Assembly (NCBI GenBank): GCA_964016885.1
Contig: OZ024742.1
Span: forward strand, 74,586,001 to 74,650,000
Length of the DNA: 64,000 bases
Direction of reading: 5' to 3'
Origin: Eledone cirrhosa
Lineage: Eukaryota
Shown: positions 35,767 through 48,889 of the stretch, piece by piece
How the letters are laid out: each line of letters begins with the position of its first letter
Numbering within the stretch: the first letter of the stretch is position 1
Translations under genes and position numbers: made by a program
Notes under the pieces: model-generated
Seen by the model: only the letters and a program-made list of their open reading frames with translations
Told to the model about the DNA's origin: nothing
Databases searched by the model: none

Positions 35767-38700
35767 ATTTCTATTTATTTGCCACGTGGGCACAAAAGAA
35801 AGGGACACATACATGGAGGGTGGGGAGTTTACATAGAAATAGAGTAAAAAAATGTAATAACAAATAAAATTATAACAAAAAGGTCCTCAATAGGGAGGGA
35901 TCGTTTTGGGGGTCACACACACCCCCGAAAAAAAATGTGCGACCCTTCTTTACGGGAGCACAAAGAGAGGGTGCTCCCTTCTTCCTTCATCCTTTTCCAC
36001 CTACAGGCTGAGGTAGAGAGAAGGCCCATTCACACGGGCCATTCTCGCAACTTTCACCCACCTTTCATAAAACTTGCTGGGGTAGAGCACCTCTCTCTCC
36101 ATTCTGATCCTTCTTCATGGTATTTGAAAAAAAAGACCAGTTGTTGGCCGGAGAGAAAGGTGTCCGCCCTCAGCCCTTTCAGCCTCGTCCACCATGCAAC
36201 CTCTTTAGCCATGGCTATCACACAGAGGAAAACCGCCTCTCCTTGGTTTTTGAAGGGGGGAGGCGGCTTGATCGTGACAATGGACTCGGTTGTCAACCGG
36301 ATTGGTCCCACCCGCTACAGTAGTCGTTCCACATAGCCCCACAGGTCAGCAACGCCCGGGCAGTGTACGAATGCGTGCGCGACGGTTTCCTCGTCACGCA
36401 CGCATCTCGGACAGATCTTTTTCGAGGGATCCCTACCCGGGCGCCCGTGTCTGTAGAGCTTGTCCCGTACGGATAGAGCCCCTCGGTAGCACTGCCAGGC
36501 CAAGGACTTTTGGAAGTTGCCCATCGGTCCCGGTCCAAACGTCCTACCGAACAAACTGGCTAGTTCGTCTTCCTCCATGCCCAGAGCTTCTCCGAGAGCG
36601 TCGTCGCACCTGCTGCGAACCAACCCTCTTTAGAATGTCGAGCTGGAGTCTCCACTGATTGCCGGGTCCGCTTGCCAGAAGGCCGTGAGCACCTGGGAAC
36701 ATTCAATGTACCAGTCGCTCACTTTTCTCGGTCTTTGCTTGACCCAGGATTGCAGCTCGGTGAGCGAGACGTGTCTCGGAAAGGCGCGCCTCACAAACGA
36801 AGCCCACACCGATTGACCGGTGAGGAATACCTCGAGGTGCCTTAGCCTTAATGCGTGTTTATGCATCGCCAACCACGGCATCCCCAGCCCTCCGTTTGAA
36901 GGGTGTTGACAGCAGATGGATCTCCTAACCAAAGGGGCCCGCTTCTTCCAAAGGAATTGGAAGAGCGCGCGCTCCATTTTGGAGCCTGTTTTCGCTGGGC
37001 AAGACACGACGGTCAAGCGGTAGTAGATGACGGACGCTATATAAGTGTTCGCCATCTCCGCTCGACTTCTGGGCGAGTGAAAACACCCTAGCCGTTACCT
37101 CATCCCAGTTTTTCTCCACCTGGAGATTGGTCCGAACCAGACCCCGAGCAGCTTTACCGGCCCCTCCGGCCAGCGTCCGACGACGCTGTCGGAGTGCATC
37201 GGTTTGCCTCTCCACGTTCCGAGTTGCAAACCGACGGACTTGTCCCGGTTCAGCTTGGCTCCTGTAAACCTTTCGTATTCCTCCAGTAAGGTGCCGATCT
37301 CCCCGATTTGCGAAGCGCTCGACACCATTACTGTCACGTCATCGGCATAAGCCGACACCGCTTTCCGCAATCCCGGTTCCAAAGGGATGCCCTGCAACAG
37401 CTTCAGCTTCCGCAGTAGTGGCTCGAGAGCCAGCACATACAGAAAGGAGGAGAGAGGGCACCCCTGTCGGATGGATCGAGTGATTTGGAACGGCTCCGAG
37501 AGATAGCCGTTCACCTTGAGCCTTGAGCAGCTGTTGCTGCTGTACATCACAGCAATCCAGCCCCTGAAAACGGGTCCGAAACCTGCCACCGCGAGCACCG
37601 CATCCAGGTAACGATGGTCAACCCTATCGAACGCCTTAGATTGATCCAAGTTGATCAGGGCCCCACCAAAGCCGGGTTTACACCCTACTCTCTCTACGAT
37701 ATATCGCATGAGGTGGAGGTTGTCGTGAATGGACCTGGACGGGATTGCGCATGTCTGCGCTTCTGCCACCAGGTTCCCGACGACAAGCGCCAACCTCTTC
37801 GCTAACACCTTGGCCAAAATCTTTAACTCTGCGTTTAGCAGAGTTATGGGCCTAAAATTACTTATCTCATCCCCCTTGTTCTCGTCCTTCCTCACCAGAG
37901 TGACTACGCCCTTGGTCACAGAACTGGGAATTCTCCCGTTCTGTTGCCAGTTGCAGTAGACCGCCTCGAGGAGATTGGAGAACAAGTCCGACTTGCTACA
38001 TACATTTTCGTATGGTAGACCATCGAGACCCGGAGATTTGCGTTTGCTGCATTGGCTCAGCGCTTCCACTATTTCAGCTGAAAATCGGCCTTTCGCAGGA
38101 CTTCGCCTCCTCGTCCGAGAGCCGCGGTAGACCGTCGAGGTATGGACCGAAATCCATAGTCTCACCCGCCCCCGCCCCTCCCGAACAGTCGTTCAAAGTG
38201 CCGTTGAAAGGCTCGGGTACAAGGATCACACGCCCATTCTGGTCCTTCAGAGACCGAATCGTGGATTTGTTTCCATTTTTTGCCTCTGTCATTCGGGTCC
38301 AGCTAACAGCTTTGGCTCCCTCGTTACCCAGAGCACGTATTTTACTCCTGACAACGCAGCCCTCGTGCTTCGCGTCAAAGAACTGGTCTAAGACCGTTTT
38401 TGACGCCAGCAGGTTGGCCACGTTGCCACTCCTAATCGACTCTTCTACTCTATCTACTAATTCCTTTTCAGTTTTATTCCTATCTCTTTCTAATTCCTGA
38501 CTAAAACCTATCGATTCTATTCTAATTGCTCTCTTGAGAGAGCCCCACCACCTGCTGTTGACAATTGTCCCTGTCAACCGCTGCTTAACTAAAGTGCTAA
38601 TCCGTTTACTGTAAGCTTTGTTTGTCGGTAAGGACAAGTTTAGCTTCCAGAAACCGGGTCCCTGTCTATGGGTTCTATCAAGGTTGAGTATGCAGGCCAC

Positions 38701-41287
38701 TAACTTGTAATCCGAATAGTCAACCATGAACATTTTTGGACAGCTTAATATGTCCCTATCCTTATTTCTAACTAGGACCCTATCTAGGTACGACATAGAT
38801 GTTCCGCTGCGGTTAGTCCACGTCCACAGTGGCACAGTCGGAAAATCTAGTCGATATCTATCGGCCAGGTCAAATCGGCCGATTAACCGTTTGAGGCTGT
38901 TACACCTCTCTTTATCGGGACATGCCCCTACATAGTCCCAACGTGCATCCAGGATACTATTCCAGTCCTCCACTAAAAGCAAGGAGTGGGACGTTTCTAG
39001 AAAAGTCTCTAAGCGTTGGAAGAAGTCCGGCCGCGGTGTCCACCTTTACCACTGCCGACGTCTAGAACCCTCAGTCGACCCTCCGGGTCCAGGTGTACCT
39101 TATGTGTGGCAAGACCCAGGTGTTTTCGCAGCAGAACGACAACCCCAATCCCACCCCAGCTAACAGAGTGATGCGTAGATCTCAAAGTCGTCGAAGATGG
39201 AGGCCAGTTGGCGCTCGTTGCTGATCCTGAACTCGCAAATAGCCATTACACCCACTCTGTGCGACGTGAGGTCATTTAAGTGTTTGCCCTGTTTCCAGGA
39301 CATCCCCAGGCCGCGTGTATTCACACATCCAACTCTTATATTGGCCATGTTGGTGCTGAAGAGTTAAAAGGAAGAGGAAAAGAAATTACTTACCTCTTCG
39401 TCTCCTGGGGACCAGGCTACACAATTTCCATGGGGGTGTTGGAAGGGTTGTTTGGTGGTGTGGTGGTTTGTAGTGGGGTGTGGGTGTCTGGGGTGGGGGT
39501 GGGGAAACATTTCAATAGGACGCGGTTAAATGGTTTGGTGCAGGGGGGCCCCACATCCATTGAATGGTTCTTTTTCAGTGTTATATAGGTATCCATTGGG
39601 ACCCTAATTATCTTTAGGTGCGGTTTGCCCGCTGTGTAGGTGAAAGTGATCCTTCGGGTTCCACCGAAGGGTTATTGTCTATTGCTTTCATCAAAGTTTT
39701 ATTGTTCTTGTTAATGTATGTATAGTGTTTTTGTTGTGTTTGTTTTTGTTTGTTGTTCTTGTGTGTGTTTGCGTTTTGTTGTATGTATTTTGTTTTCGGG
39801 AAGGGCGGTTCTTGTTTGGTCTGTTTGTGTTCGTGTTTGTGTGTTTGTTTCGTTTTTGTTCATGTGATGTCTCCTTTTTTTCTTTTCACGGGTTGGAAGG
39901 GTTCCCCTTCATCGCCACTGGGTGACGTTGAAACGGGGTTCTCGTCCGTGTTGTATGGAAGGGGTATATTTTGGGGTTCTGTTGTGACTATGTGTGTTTT
40001 TGTATTTGTTTTGGGTGAGGAGGGTTTGGTGGGACGGTGTTTTGTGTTGTTTTTTCTTGTTGTTTTTGTTGTTGTTGTGGTGGTGGTGGTTGTGTTGTTG
40101 TTTGTGGAGTAGGCAACAGCGCCTTTTTTTTTATTTGTCAATTGAGGACAGGCAGCCCTTAGGTGACCTCTGCTTGAGCAGTGGTAACATGCGGGCCGCC
40201 TACCCTCAACTGAGATGTTTATGAATGTCATACCATCCAGGGACACCCTCTGCGGTATTCTAGCGATTCGTTCTGGTCTCATTAGGACCAGAAGCTCCAC
40301 GCTCGTGCCGCCGAAAACGACCCCGGTGGCTTCTCCTATTGAAAGGATCTTGTCTTCATCCTCTAAGAATACCGTTAGCACCCACCAAATGCTCGCATTT
40401 GGCCGGATTCCTGAGATTCTAATTTTCTGGGTTCTTTTTCCCAGATATGTAGGGAAAAAGGTGTATAACTTTGATACAATTGGCGACACAGAATATTTCT
40501 GGGCCGTCAATTGATCTTTCATTAAGACCGATATACTCCCATACAGTTTCCCTTTCTGAATGAAAGATATATCAGTCCATGCATTCTTTAGTACCAGATC
40601 AATTTCGCTTTGGGTTAATTGAGCCGGTTTTTTCGTTATGTTCGAAATTGTTCGGAAGGATAAGGTCCTCAGGACCGTCTCTCTTCTAATTTCTTGGAGG
40701 GAGGTTATTGTAAATTCCCCTCCTTCCCCAAAAGTCACATAGTTCCTTGCTTCTTTTAACAATTCTTTTGCATTCGAAATGTCGAGTTGTCTGTAGGTCT
40801 GTGTCTCTCGTACCGCCTGTGCGAAGGAGACTTCAGTTGTGGGTACGTTTTGTTTGGTCTTGTTGTTGTTATTATTGTTGTTTTCCTTTTTTTTTTTTAT
40901 TGGTGTTTTCCTTTGCGCTGGTGTTGTTTGTGTTATCGTTGTTGGTGTTGTTGGTTGTGGGGTTCATGCTGTTATTAATTCCATTTGGGTTAGCACCCAT
41001 TTTTACAAATTTTTTTATTAATTCCAAGTTCATTGTTTCTTTTTCGGAAGTGAGGAGGGAAGACTTAGCACGTTACGCTGCTTCTTTCTCTGGCAAATTC
41101 GTCAACAAATTTTTACAATGAAAGTTTCACCCCAAAAAGGGGCGAAAATTATTGACCCCAACGTCTGCAGTCCCAGGCGAGGGGTTAAATTAAACAATAA
41201 AAACAAATTTAACAATAAACTCACAATTATTTGTGTAAATATCCACAATACTCGAGGAGCGAAGTAAACCACGTCTATCGCCACCAA
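35766..41287 (-). mobile_element. Tx1-clade copy C, full-length but frameshifted; both ends joined to (GATA)n
   Basis: 5' UTR homologous to copy A. ORF1 remnant with CYHCSSRGHLRAAC (39860-40762). ORF2 from ATG 39348 (MANIRVGCVNTRGLG), fragmented, to stop ~36001. 3' motif at 35766-35792. Confidence 0.92.
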
Positions 41288-41313
41288 GATAGATAGATAG
41301 ATAGATAGGTAGG

Positions 41314-41368
<55 letters not shown>

Positions 41369-41376
41369 ATAGATAG
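41288..41376. repeat. (GATA)n spacer between Tx1 copies C and D
   Basis: Directly visible. Confidence 0.95.
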
Positions 41377-44300
41377 ATTTCTTTATTTGCCACAAGGGCG
41401 CACAAGAAAAGGGGACAATACAAAGACACATGCCGGGGATTTTACATACGGGGATTTTACAAACAAACAAATTTAACAATCGAAATCCCCAATAGAGGGG
41501 AGGCGTTACAAATGGGTTGTTTAATACCCCGTCGATAGAACAACCCTCAACTACAGGAGCGTGTTGTGCAAGTGCTCCTTTCTTCCTTTTGCTCTCATCT
41601 TCAACCTACAGGTTTATATACAGAGAAGGCTTAATCACTCGGGCCATTTTTGCTACATTCACCAACCTTTCAGTAAATTTACTGGGGTGCAGTGCCTCTC
41701 TCTCCACTCTGATTCTCCTTCTAAAGTGGTACCTAAAGAAGGGAATGAGTTATTGTCCGGAGAGAAAGGCATCTGTTCTCAGTCCTTTCAATCTCGTCGA
41801 CCATATAATCTCTTTTAGCATAGCCACTATACAGAGGAAAACCGCCTCTCTTTCGTTTTTGAAAGAAGTTGGTGGTTTGATCCTTACTATGGACTCGGCA
41901 GTCAACTGGATTTGTCCCATACGAGACAGCAGTTGTTCTGCGTAGTTCCACAGGTCGCTTACGCCCGGGTAGTGTACAATTGCGTGCAAGACGGTTTAAA
42001 TGTCCTGCTCAAATCTTGGACACGTCCTCTTTGAAGGATCCCTGCCGAGGCGTCCGTGCCTGTAGATCTTGTCTCGAACTGGTAGAGCTCCTCGGTAGCA
42101 CTGCCAGGCCAGGGACGTCTGGAAGTTGTCCAGAGGTCCCTGGCAAAGTCCTACCGTACAGACTGGTGAGCTCGTCGTTTTCGACGCCCAGAGTTTCTCC
42201 GAGCACGTCGTCGCATTTGTAACGTACTAACCCTCTATGATTGCTGTGATCGCTTGAAAGAGGACTGTGAGCGCCTGAGCACATTCAATGTGCCAGGCGC
42301 CCATTTTCTTCGGTCTCCGCTTGACCCAGTACTGCAGCTCCGTCAGCGAAACAAGTTGTGGGAAGGTTTGTCTCACAAACAGGCCCATACCGGTTGTTCG
42401 GTGAGGAATACCTGGAGATGCCGTAGCCTCAGCGCGTGTTTGCGCCTCATCAGACATGGCATTCCAAGCCCTCTGTTGGAAGGGTTCTGACACCAGACGG
42501 ATCTCCTCACCAGCGGAGCCTGTTTCTTCCAAAGGAACTGGAACAGCATGCGTTCCATCTTGGTAAGGTATTCACGGTGACAAGGCACGACGGTCAAGCG
42601 GTAGTAGATGATGGACGCTATGAAAGTGTTCGCCACCTCCGCTCGATCTTTCAAGGATAGTTTGCACTCTGCCCACATCTGGGTGAGTGAAAATGCCTTG
42701 GCCATGACCTCGTTCCAGTTTTTTTCCACATGGAGGTCGGGACCGAACCAGACCCCGAGCAATTTCACCGATCCTTCCGTCCAGCGTCCGACGACGCTGT
42801 CGGACGGCATCGGTTTGCCTCTCCACGTTCCGTGTTGCAAACCGACAGACTTGTCCGGGTTCAGTTTTGCTCCTGTGAGCCTCTCGTATTCCTGCAGTAA
42901 TTTGCCGATCGCCCTGATTTCCGAGGGTTTAGACACCATAACTGTCACGTCGTCGGCATAAGCCGACGCCGCTTTCCGCAGTCCCGGTTCCAACGGGATG
43001 CCCTGCAGAAGCTCTAACTTCCGCAGTAGTGGCTCTAGAGTCAATACGTAAAGAATGGAGGAAAGAGGACATCCTTGTCGGATGAAACGTGTGATTGCGA
43101 ACGGCTCCGATACGTAGCCGTTCACCTTGACCGTCGAGCAGATGTTGGTGTGCATTGCTTTGATCCAGCCTCTGAAGACGAGTCTGGAACCGGCCGCCTT
43201 GAGAACCACTTCCAAGTATTGATGGTCGACCCTATCGAACGCCTTAGACTGATCTAAATTGATCAGAGCCCCACCGAAGCCGGGTTTACACCCTAACCCC
43301 TCTATGATGTATCGCATGAGATGGAGGTTGTCGTGTATGGACCTGGTTGGAATTGGACACGTTTGAGCTTTTCCCACCAGGTTCTCGACGACAAGCACCA
43401 GCCTCGTTGCTAACACATTGGCCAGTGTTTAGGAGAGTTATGAGCCTACAGTTGCTTAGTTCGTCCCCCTTGTTCTCGTCTTTCCTGATCAGCGTTACTA
43501 CGCCCCTGCATGCAGAACTGGGAATTCTCCCATTCTACTGCCATTTGCAGTAGACGGCTTCGAGTACGCCAGAGAATAAGTCCGGTATGCCTATGTAAAA
43601 TTCATAGGGTAGACCATCTAGACCGGGTGATTTGCGTTTCCCGCAGCGGCCCGCAGTGGCTGTGATCGGTCTTTCGCAGAACTCGGCGTCCATGCTCGAG
43701 AGACGCGGTAGGCCGTAATGTATGAACCGAAGTCCATTGCCCGCTCTTCTCGAACAGTTGCGCAAAGTGCCGCTGAAAAGCCATGCACATCCGCTTGGAG
43801 TCAAGTAGCACGCGTCCGTTTTGGTCTTTCAAAGACCGAATCGTGGACTTGTTGCCACTTTTCGCCTCTGCCACTCGGGCCGAGCTAACAGCTTTTGCTC
43901 CCTCGTTTCCTAGAGCACGTGATTTACTTCTGACCACGCAGCCTTCGTGTTTCGCAATGAAGAACTGGTCTAAGGCCGTTCCGTTGCTAGCACTCTAGCT
44001 GCGTTGCCACTCCTAAGCGCCTCCTCTACCTTGGCTACTAGTTATGTTTCTGTTTTGTTTTTCTCTAAGGCTAGTTCTTTTTTAAAAGTTATCGACTCTA
44101 CTCTAATTGCTTTCTTCAGAGAGTACCACCATCTATTATTGACATCAACTGTTGCTTAACTAATCTACTAATCCGTCTACTGTAGGCTTTACGTGTCGGT
44201 AACGACATGTTCAGCTTCCAGTATCCGCGTCTTTGTCTATGTGTTCTATCATGGTTGACTATGCAGGTGACTAGATGTCCCGCTGCGGTTTGTCCACGTC

Positions 44301-45920
44301 CACTGTGGTGCAGTCGGGAAATCTAGTCGATACCTCTCGGCCTGTTGGAATTGGCCGATTAAATTTGTGAGACTGTTGTACCCCCCTCTACTAGGACATG
44401 CTCCTACATTGTCCCATTGTGCGTCTCGGATACCATTCCAGTCCCCAACTAAAAGCAAGGAGCGAGACGTTCACAGAAAAGACTCTAGACGCTTAAAGAA
44501 GTCTGGCCGCGATTGCCCAGTTGGGGCATAAATGGCTACCAGTCTGAAGGCTCAATCTCCAACGCTGTTCACGTCTTGAACTACCAGTCTACCCTCCTGG
44601 TCCAAGTGTACTTGCTGTATTTCTAGGTCTATGTTTTTTTCCGAAACATGACAGCCACCCCCCCTCCACCTCCTGGCTGAGAGAGAGATGCGTAGATCTC
44701 AAAGTCATTGAAGATGGGGGATCCTGGACTCGGTGATGACTATCACATCTATACCGTGTGCCTAAGCTCGTTTAAAAGTTGGCGTTTCCAGGGCATCCCT
44801 AAGCCACGCACATTCACACTTCCAACTCGTAAATTAACCATGCTGGTGGAGAACAGTTGGCGAAAAAGGACGAAAAGATGCACTTACCTTTTCGTTTCCT
44901 GGAGATCGGGTTGTTAAATCTCTATTTGGGTGCTGGTGGGGGTGTTGGGTGGGGTGGGGAAACATTTTAATAGGATGCGGTTAATAGGTTTTTGACAGGG
45001 ATTGACAACGTCCTGCGAAAATTGTTCTTTTAATTTGTGGTAGGTTTCCATCGAAACCCTTATCAGTTTTAGGTGTGGTTAAGAGTCTGACTTGACAAAA
45101 GTTTTCCCCTCAGTTTCTACTTTGGGGTCTTCGGAGATGACCTCCATTAGGTTTTTGTTGTTTGTGTTAATGTATGTGTATTGTTGTTTGTTTTTTTGTT
45201 GTGTTGTTTTGGTTTGTTGTTCATTTTGTAGTTTTCTTTTTATGGTGGGCATTTGTGTTTGGGGTGGTGTTGGTGTTTGTTTTGCCGTTAGGTGGGGGGG
45301 GGGGATTGTGATGGTGTTTGTATTGTTGTTTGTGTTGGTGGTTGGTGTTTTTATGGCTTTGCTGTGTCTCTCTTTTTTTTTAATTTCCGAGGCTCTCCTT
45401 CATCTTCACTTGGGGATGGAGAAGTAGCCTCGTCTGACGATGAATCGTCATCAAGGGCGCGTGGGAGGGGTATGCTGTGTGGTGATAGTGTGTTTGTGTG
45501 TGTGATGTGGTAGTGTTGGATGGAGTGGGATGGTGTGGGACTGTGTTTTTCAGGGGAATTGTTGTGCGTTTTTTCTATTGTTTGTGGTTGAGCAGTTGTT
45601 TGTTTTTGTGTGTTTGCTTGTTTTGTGTGTTGTTGTTGTGGTTTTGGTGTTGGTGTTGGTAAAAGTACTTTTGGGGGTGGTCGTGGGGGTGGAGGTGTTT
45701 GTTCATAAGAGGGGACAGGAGGCCTTTAAATGCGATGTGCTTGCGCATTTAAAACAATGTGCCCCCCCTCCTTCTGCCGAAATGTGTATATAGTTTGTAT
45801 TGTCTACTGGCACTCTTTCTGGTATCTTGGAAATTCTGTCCGGTTTCATTTGGACCAAAATTTCCAAGCTTGTGCCGTTCCAGGTGTTTCTTGTTGATTT
45901 TTGAATCGACAGTATTGTCA
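41377..45920 (-). mobile_element. Tx1-clade copy D, 5'-truncated within ORF1, decayed
   Basis: ORF1 part with CFKCASTSHLKASC. ORF2 ATG at 44841 (MVNLRVGSVNVRGLG), GDWN, AYADDV; multiple frameshifts. 3' motif at 41377. Confidence 0.9.
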
Positions 45921-46177
45921 TAACCGGCTTCGGTTTATTTTGCGCATGTTTCTGGAAGTTAAGCCATAATTAACGTTTAAAGAATCTACATGATAAATAT
46001 ATGTATGGAACCGTAACTCCTGAGGGAGTCGTAGGGGCGCCATATTGACACATGGCGTTCCTTGGGCATTTTGTAAACCTGGCGGAGCCCATTTTCTCTC
46101 TAGGTCTAAATACAGCAGATTTCTTCCAGAAAGGAAATGAGAAAGAGGTATAGAAGAAGAATCGACTCCAGTACTAG

Positions 46178-46300
46178 ACTGGTACTTAAATGGATAAAAA
46201 GCAAAGTTGACCTCGGAGGGATTTGAACTCAGAAAGTAGAGAGTCGGAACAAATACTGCAAAGCATTTTATTCGACGATCTAATGACTTTGACAATTCGC
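46178..46300 (-). mobile_element. Degenerate Meta-like SINE
   Basis: CTGGTACTT..GGATAAAAAGCAAAGTTGACCTCGGAGGGATTTGAACTCAG. Confidence 0.65.
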
Positions 46301-46496
46301 TGCATATCGTAAATATATACTGACACGTATATATCATTTTTGCAGAAAACAAAACAAGAAAAATCATAGCCATGCAAAATGACGTCATAATAAAAAAAAC
46401 AAATGTGTGCTACATTTTAATATTTTAAAATTGTAATATCAACAACACATCCATCCATTTGGGTTTTGATTCAATTTTTTTTTTCAAAAGAAACTT

Positions 46497-48392
46497 ATGG
46501 ACCAATTTCTCGCGAATTTATTTTTATACATTCTTTGTTGTTCCTTTTGCGAAGTAATTATTGGAACTCAAAACTTCAAGCCTTTAGCTGCTTGGGTATA
46601 TAATATAAAAACCTCGCCCACCAACTGGACTAAAAGTAAACAAGATGTCTTGTATTTTAATCTTCAAACAAATAGAAATGACGTAGTGTTAAAATTGAAA
46701 AAAAGCTCACGAACGTATCAATCGTTTGATACGTATATTTCCAATTACAACGGTTTTCAGAAAAACAGAAACGAAAATGATACTACTTGTGATTACCTAT
46801 CTGGTATATACACGAACGAAAATGGTTATTTTGCAGTTCAATGTAAAAAGGAGCAAATACGCAATGAAACTTTCTATCAGTATCTTTTAACTGGAATGTT
46901 TTGTTTCCACGGTTTCTATTGCGCTCTCTATCCTGATATTTTTACACAAGATATCAGAGGCTTCCACGGTAAATATGGACATTGGCATACAATATATTTT
47001 CTGCAAAGCATTCCATCACAGCATATGTGCTATGATATTTTGAAGAATAAGACAACCATTATAAATCCTCCATATAACTCACACCCTCGGAAAAAGCGAA
47101 GCTCTGAGGATTTAAATATTGAGTTAGCAGTTATATTGGATTATTCAATATATATACACTTCAAAGACGTAGCTCCAGGTAGGTGTCACTTAAAAACGGA
47201 TAAATTAATTCATATATATTATGAAACATTGATTTCACAGCTGAATATTGTGTTCAATACTTTGTCTACTTCAAAATATACTTTTAATGTAATATGTAAA
47301 TACTTGGTTATTACTAAAACGAAATCTTATTTCAATTTGAAATATGATAATGAAACAGTCAACGCAACTGACCAATGGATTCGTTTTAAACGTTGGCTGA
47401 AGCTTTCAGACTATACTAGTGATGTCGATCATATATTGTTTATAACATTACAAAATGTATCATTGAATCTATCACATATAGATGGCTATGAGAAAGCTGG
47501 AATATGTTCAAAAGATTCTATCAGTATCGTTGTTGAAATGCTAACCCTAAGAACCGCTTTATTTGCAGTGCAACTAATAGGACATAGACTTGGAATACCT
47601 TACGATTTAGATGACACAGATTGCCTTTCCAAATATAGATACGTTATGTCGCCAAAACTCAATTTTGTCATGCGTTCGGTTTATAACACAAATATGTTTT
47701 CATTTTCAAAATGTTCACGAAACGTCATATTAAAGATCTTCAACTTAGGCCGCAATAATAATAGATACGGTTGTTTGTGGCGAAAAAACTCTACACATAC
47801 ACATCATCTTAATACTCAATTGAAACCAGGTCAATGGATCAGTGCGAACCAGCAATGCTATTATAGGTTTGCAAAGGAATCGAATGCATACAAATGTGAA
47901 AGGGAGAATTTTCATGACTCCAAGAGTTTCTGTATGAATATGAATTGTTATAATAAAGGTAAGTGTGATAAAATGATGCCACTCGAAGGTACAACATGTG
48001 GCAGAAGAAAGTGGTGCGTTAAAGGATTCTGTATGCCAAGCAATTCTCTCCCGGATATTCCCATGAGTTGTTGGCTAGGGGACAAATTTCTAGGAACATT
48101 TCCGAATTTAAATGCCACATGTCACGGTGCTACATTTGACAGAAATTTCTTATGTTACTATGAAGATTTCGCCACTAAATGTTGCTGGACTTGTGCAGCA
48201 TTAAGCAGGAAATCAAACGATTGCAATTATGGGGATAGAATTAGTGGGTGTCGTAGAAAACTCTGTAACTTTTATAACAGTTTAATGAAAAGGAAATGCT
48301 GTGAAACCTGTACACCACACAACAGTTCCCCAGAATACCCGAAGACAATTTTATATATGTATATTTTACAATACTTAATTTGGTTTATATGA
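46497..48392 (+). CDS. Single-exon secreted ADAMTS/reprolysin (M12B)-like protein, predicted catalytically inactive, with ADAM Cys-rich domain and two ShK-like modules
   Basis: Hydrophobic N-terminus; furin site RKKR then LNIELAVILDYSIY; GYEKAGICSK; degenerate zinc motif VQLIGHRLGIPYD; Met-turn YVMSP; FSFSKCS; PGQWISANQQC..PLEGTTCGRRKWCVKGFC; CCWTC and CCETC; hydrophobic C-terminus. Confidence 0.88.
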   Translation: MDQFLANLFLYILCCSFCEVIIGTQNFKPLAAWVYNIKTSPTNWTKSKQDVLYFNLQTNRNDVVLKLKKSSRTYQSFDTYISNYNGFQKNRNENDTTCDYLSGIYTNENGYFAVQCKKEQIRNETFYQYLLTGMFCFHGFYCALYPDIFTQDIRGFHGKYGHWHTIYFLQSIPSQHMCYDILKNKTTIINPPYNSHPRKKRSSEDLNIELAVILDYSIYIHFKDVAPGRCHLKTDKLIHIYYETLISQLNIVFNTLSTSKYTFNVICKYLVITKTKSYFNLKYDNETVNATDQWIRFKRWLKLSDYTSDVDHILFITLQNVSLNLSHIDGYEKAGICSKDSISIVVEMLTLRTALFAVQLIGHRLGIPYDLDDTDCLSKYRYVMSPKLNFVMRSVYNTNMFSFSKCSRNVILKIFNLGRNNNRYGCLWRKNSTHTHHLNTQLKPGQWISANQQCYYRFAKESNAYKCERENFHDSKSFCMNMNCYNKGKCDKMMPLEGTTCGRRKWCVKGFCMPSNSLPDIPMSCWLGDKFLGTFPNLNATCHGATFDRNFLCYYEDFATKCCWTCAALSRKSNDCNYGDRISGCRRKLCNFYNSLMKRKCCETCTPHNSSPEYPKTILYMYILQYLIWFI

Positions 48393-48889
48393 TTTATTAT
48401 CTATTATTTAAAAAAAAATTTATCTTAAATCGTTTCTTAGAAAATTATAATGGTCTGTATAAAAGAATGTTTATTGTGTTTTGATTTCAATGTATAATCG
48501 CATACTCCCTATACATTATACAACTTATTTAGCCTGATTTGTTTAATTAAAAGATGTTTATTAAAAGATGACACCAGCCTGATTTTTCCAAGTCCTAACA
48601 ATTCATCGTGTCAATTCCTTAATTCATTAATTTTGACTTCTAAAACTGGAGATAAATATTACTAGCAACTTCTTTATTTTGAAATTTGAAATACTTTTAT
48701 TCTGAATATTTAATTCTGTTATAAAACAGCTGAGATAATTTAACAATTTTATTGTAAACATTAAAAAATCGATTTATTTACAGATTTTTTGTTGTAAAAA
48801 GTTACATTAAAATTTATATAAATTTTATTAAAATTAGAGATTTACACCTCTCACATTCAACCACCTCTCACCCCCAATTATACTAAGAT

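Noticed and set aside
41240-41287. HDV-like ribozyme at the Tx1 5' end (TCCTCG motif)
   Set aside because: P1, P2 and P3 pairings could not be built, and the motif is absent from copy A.
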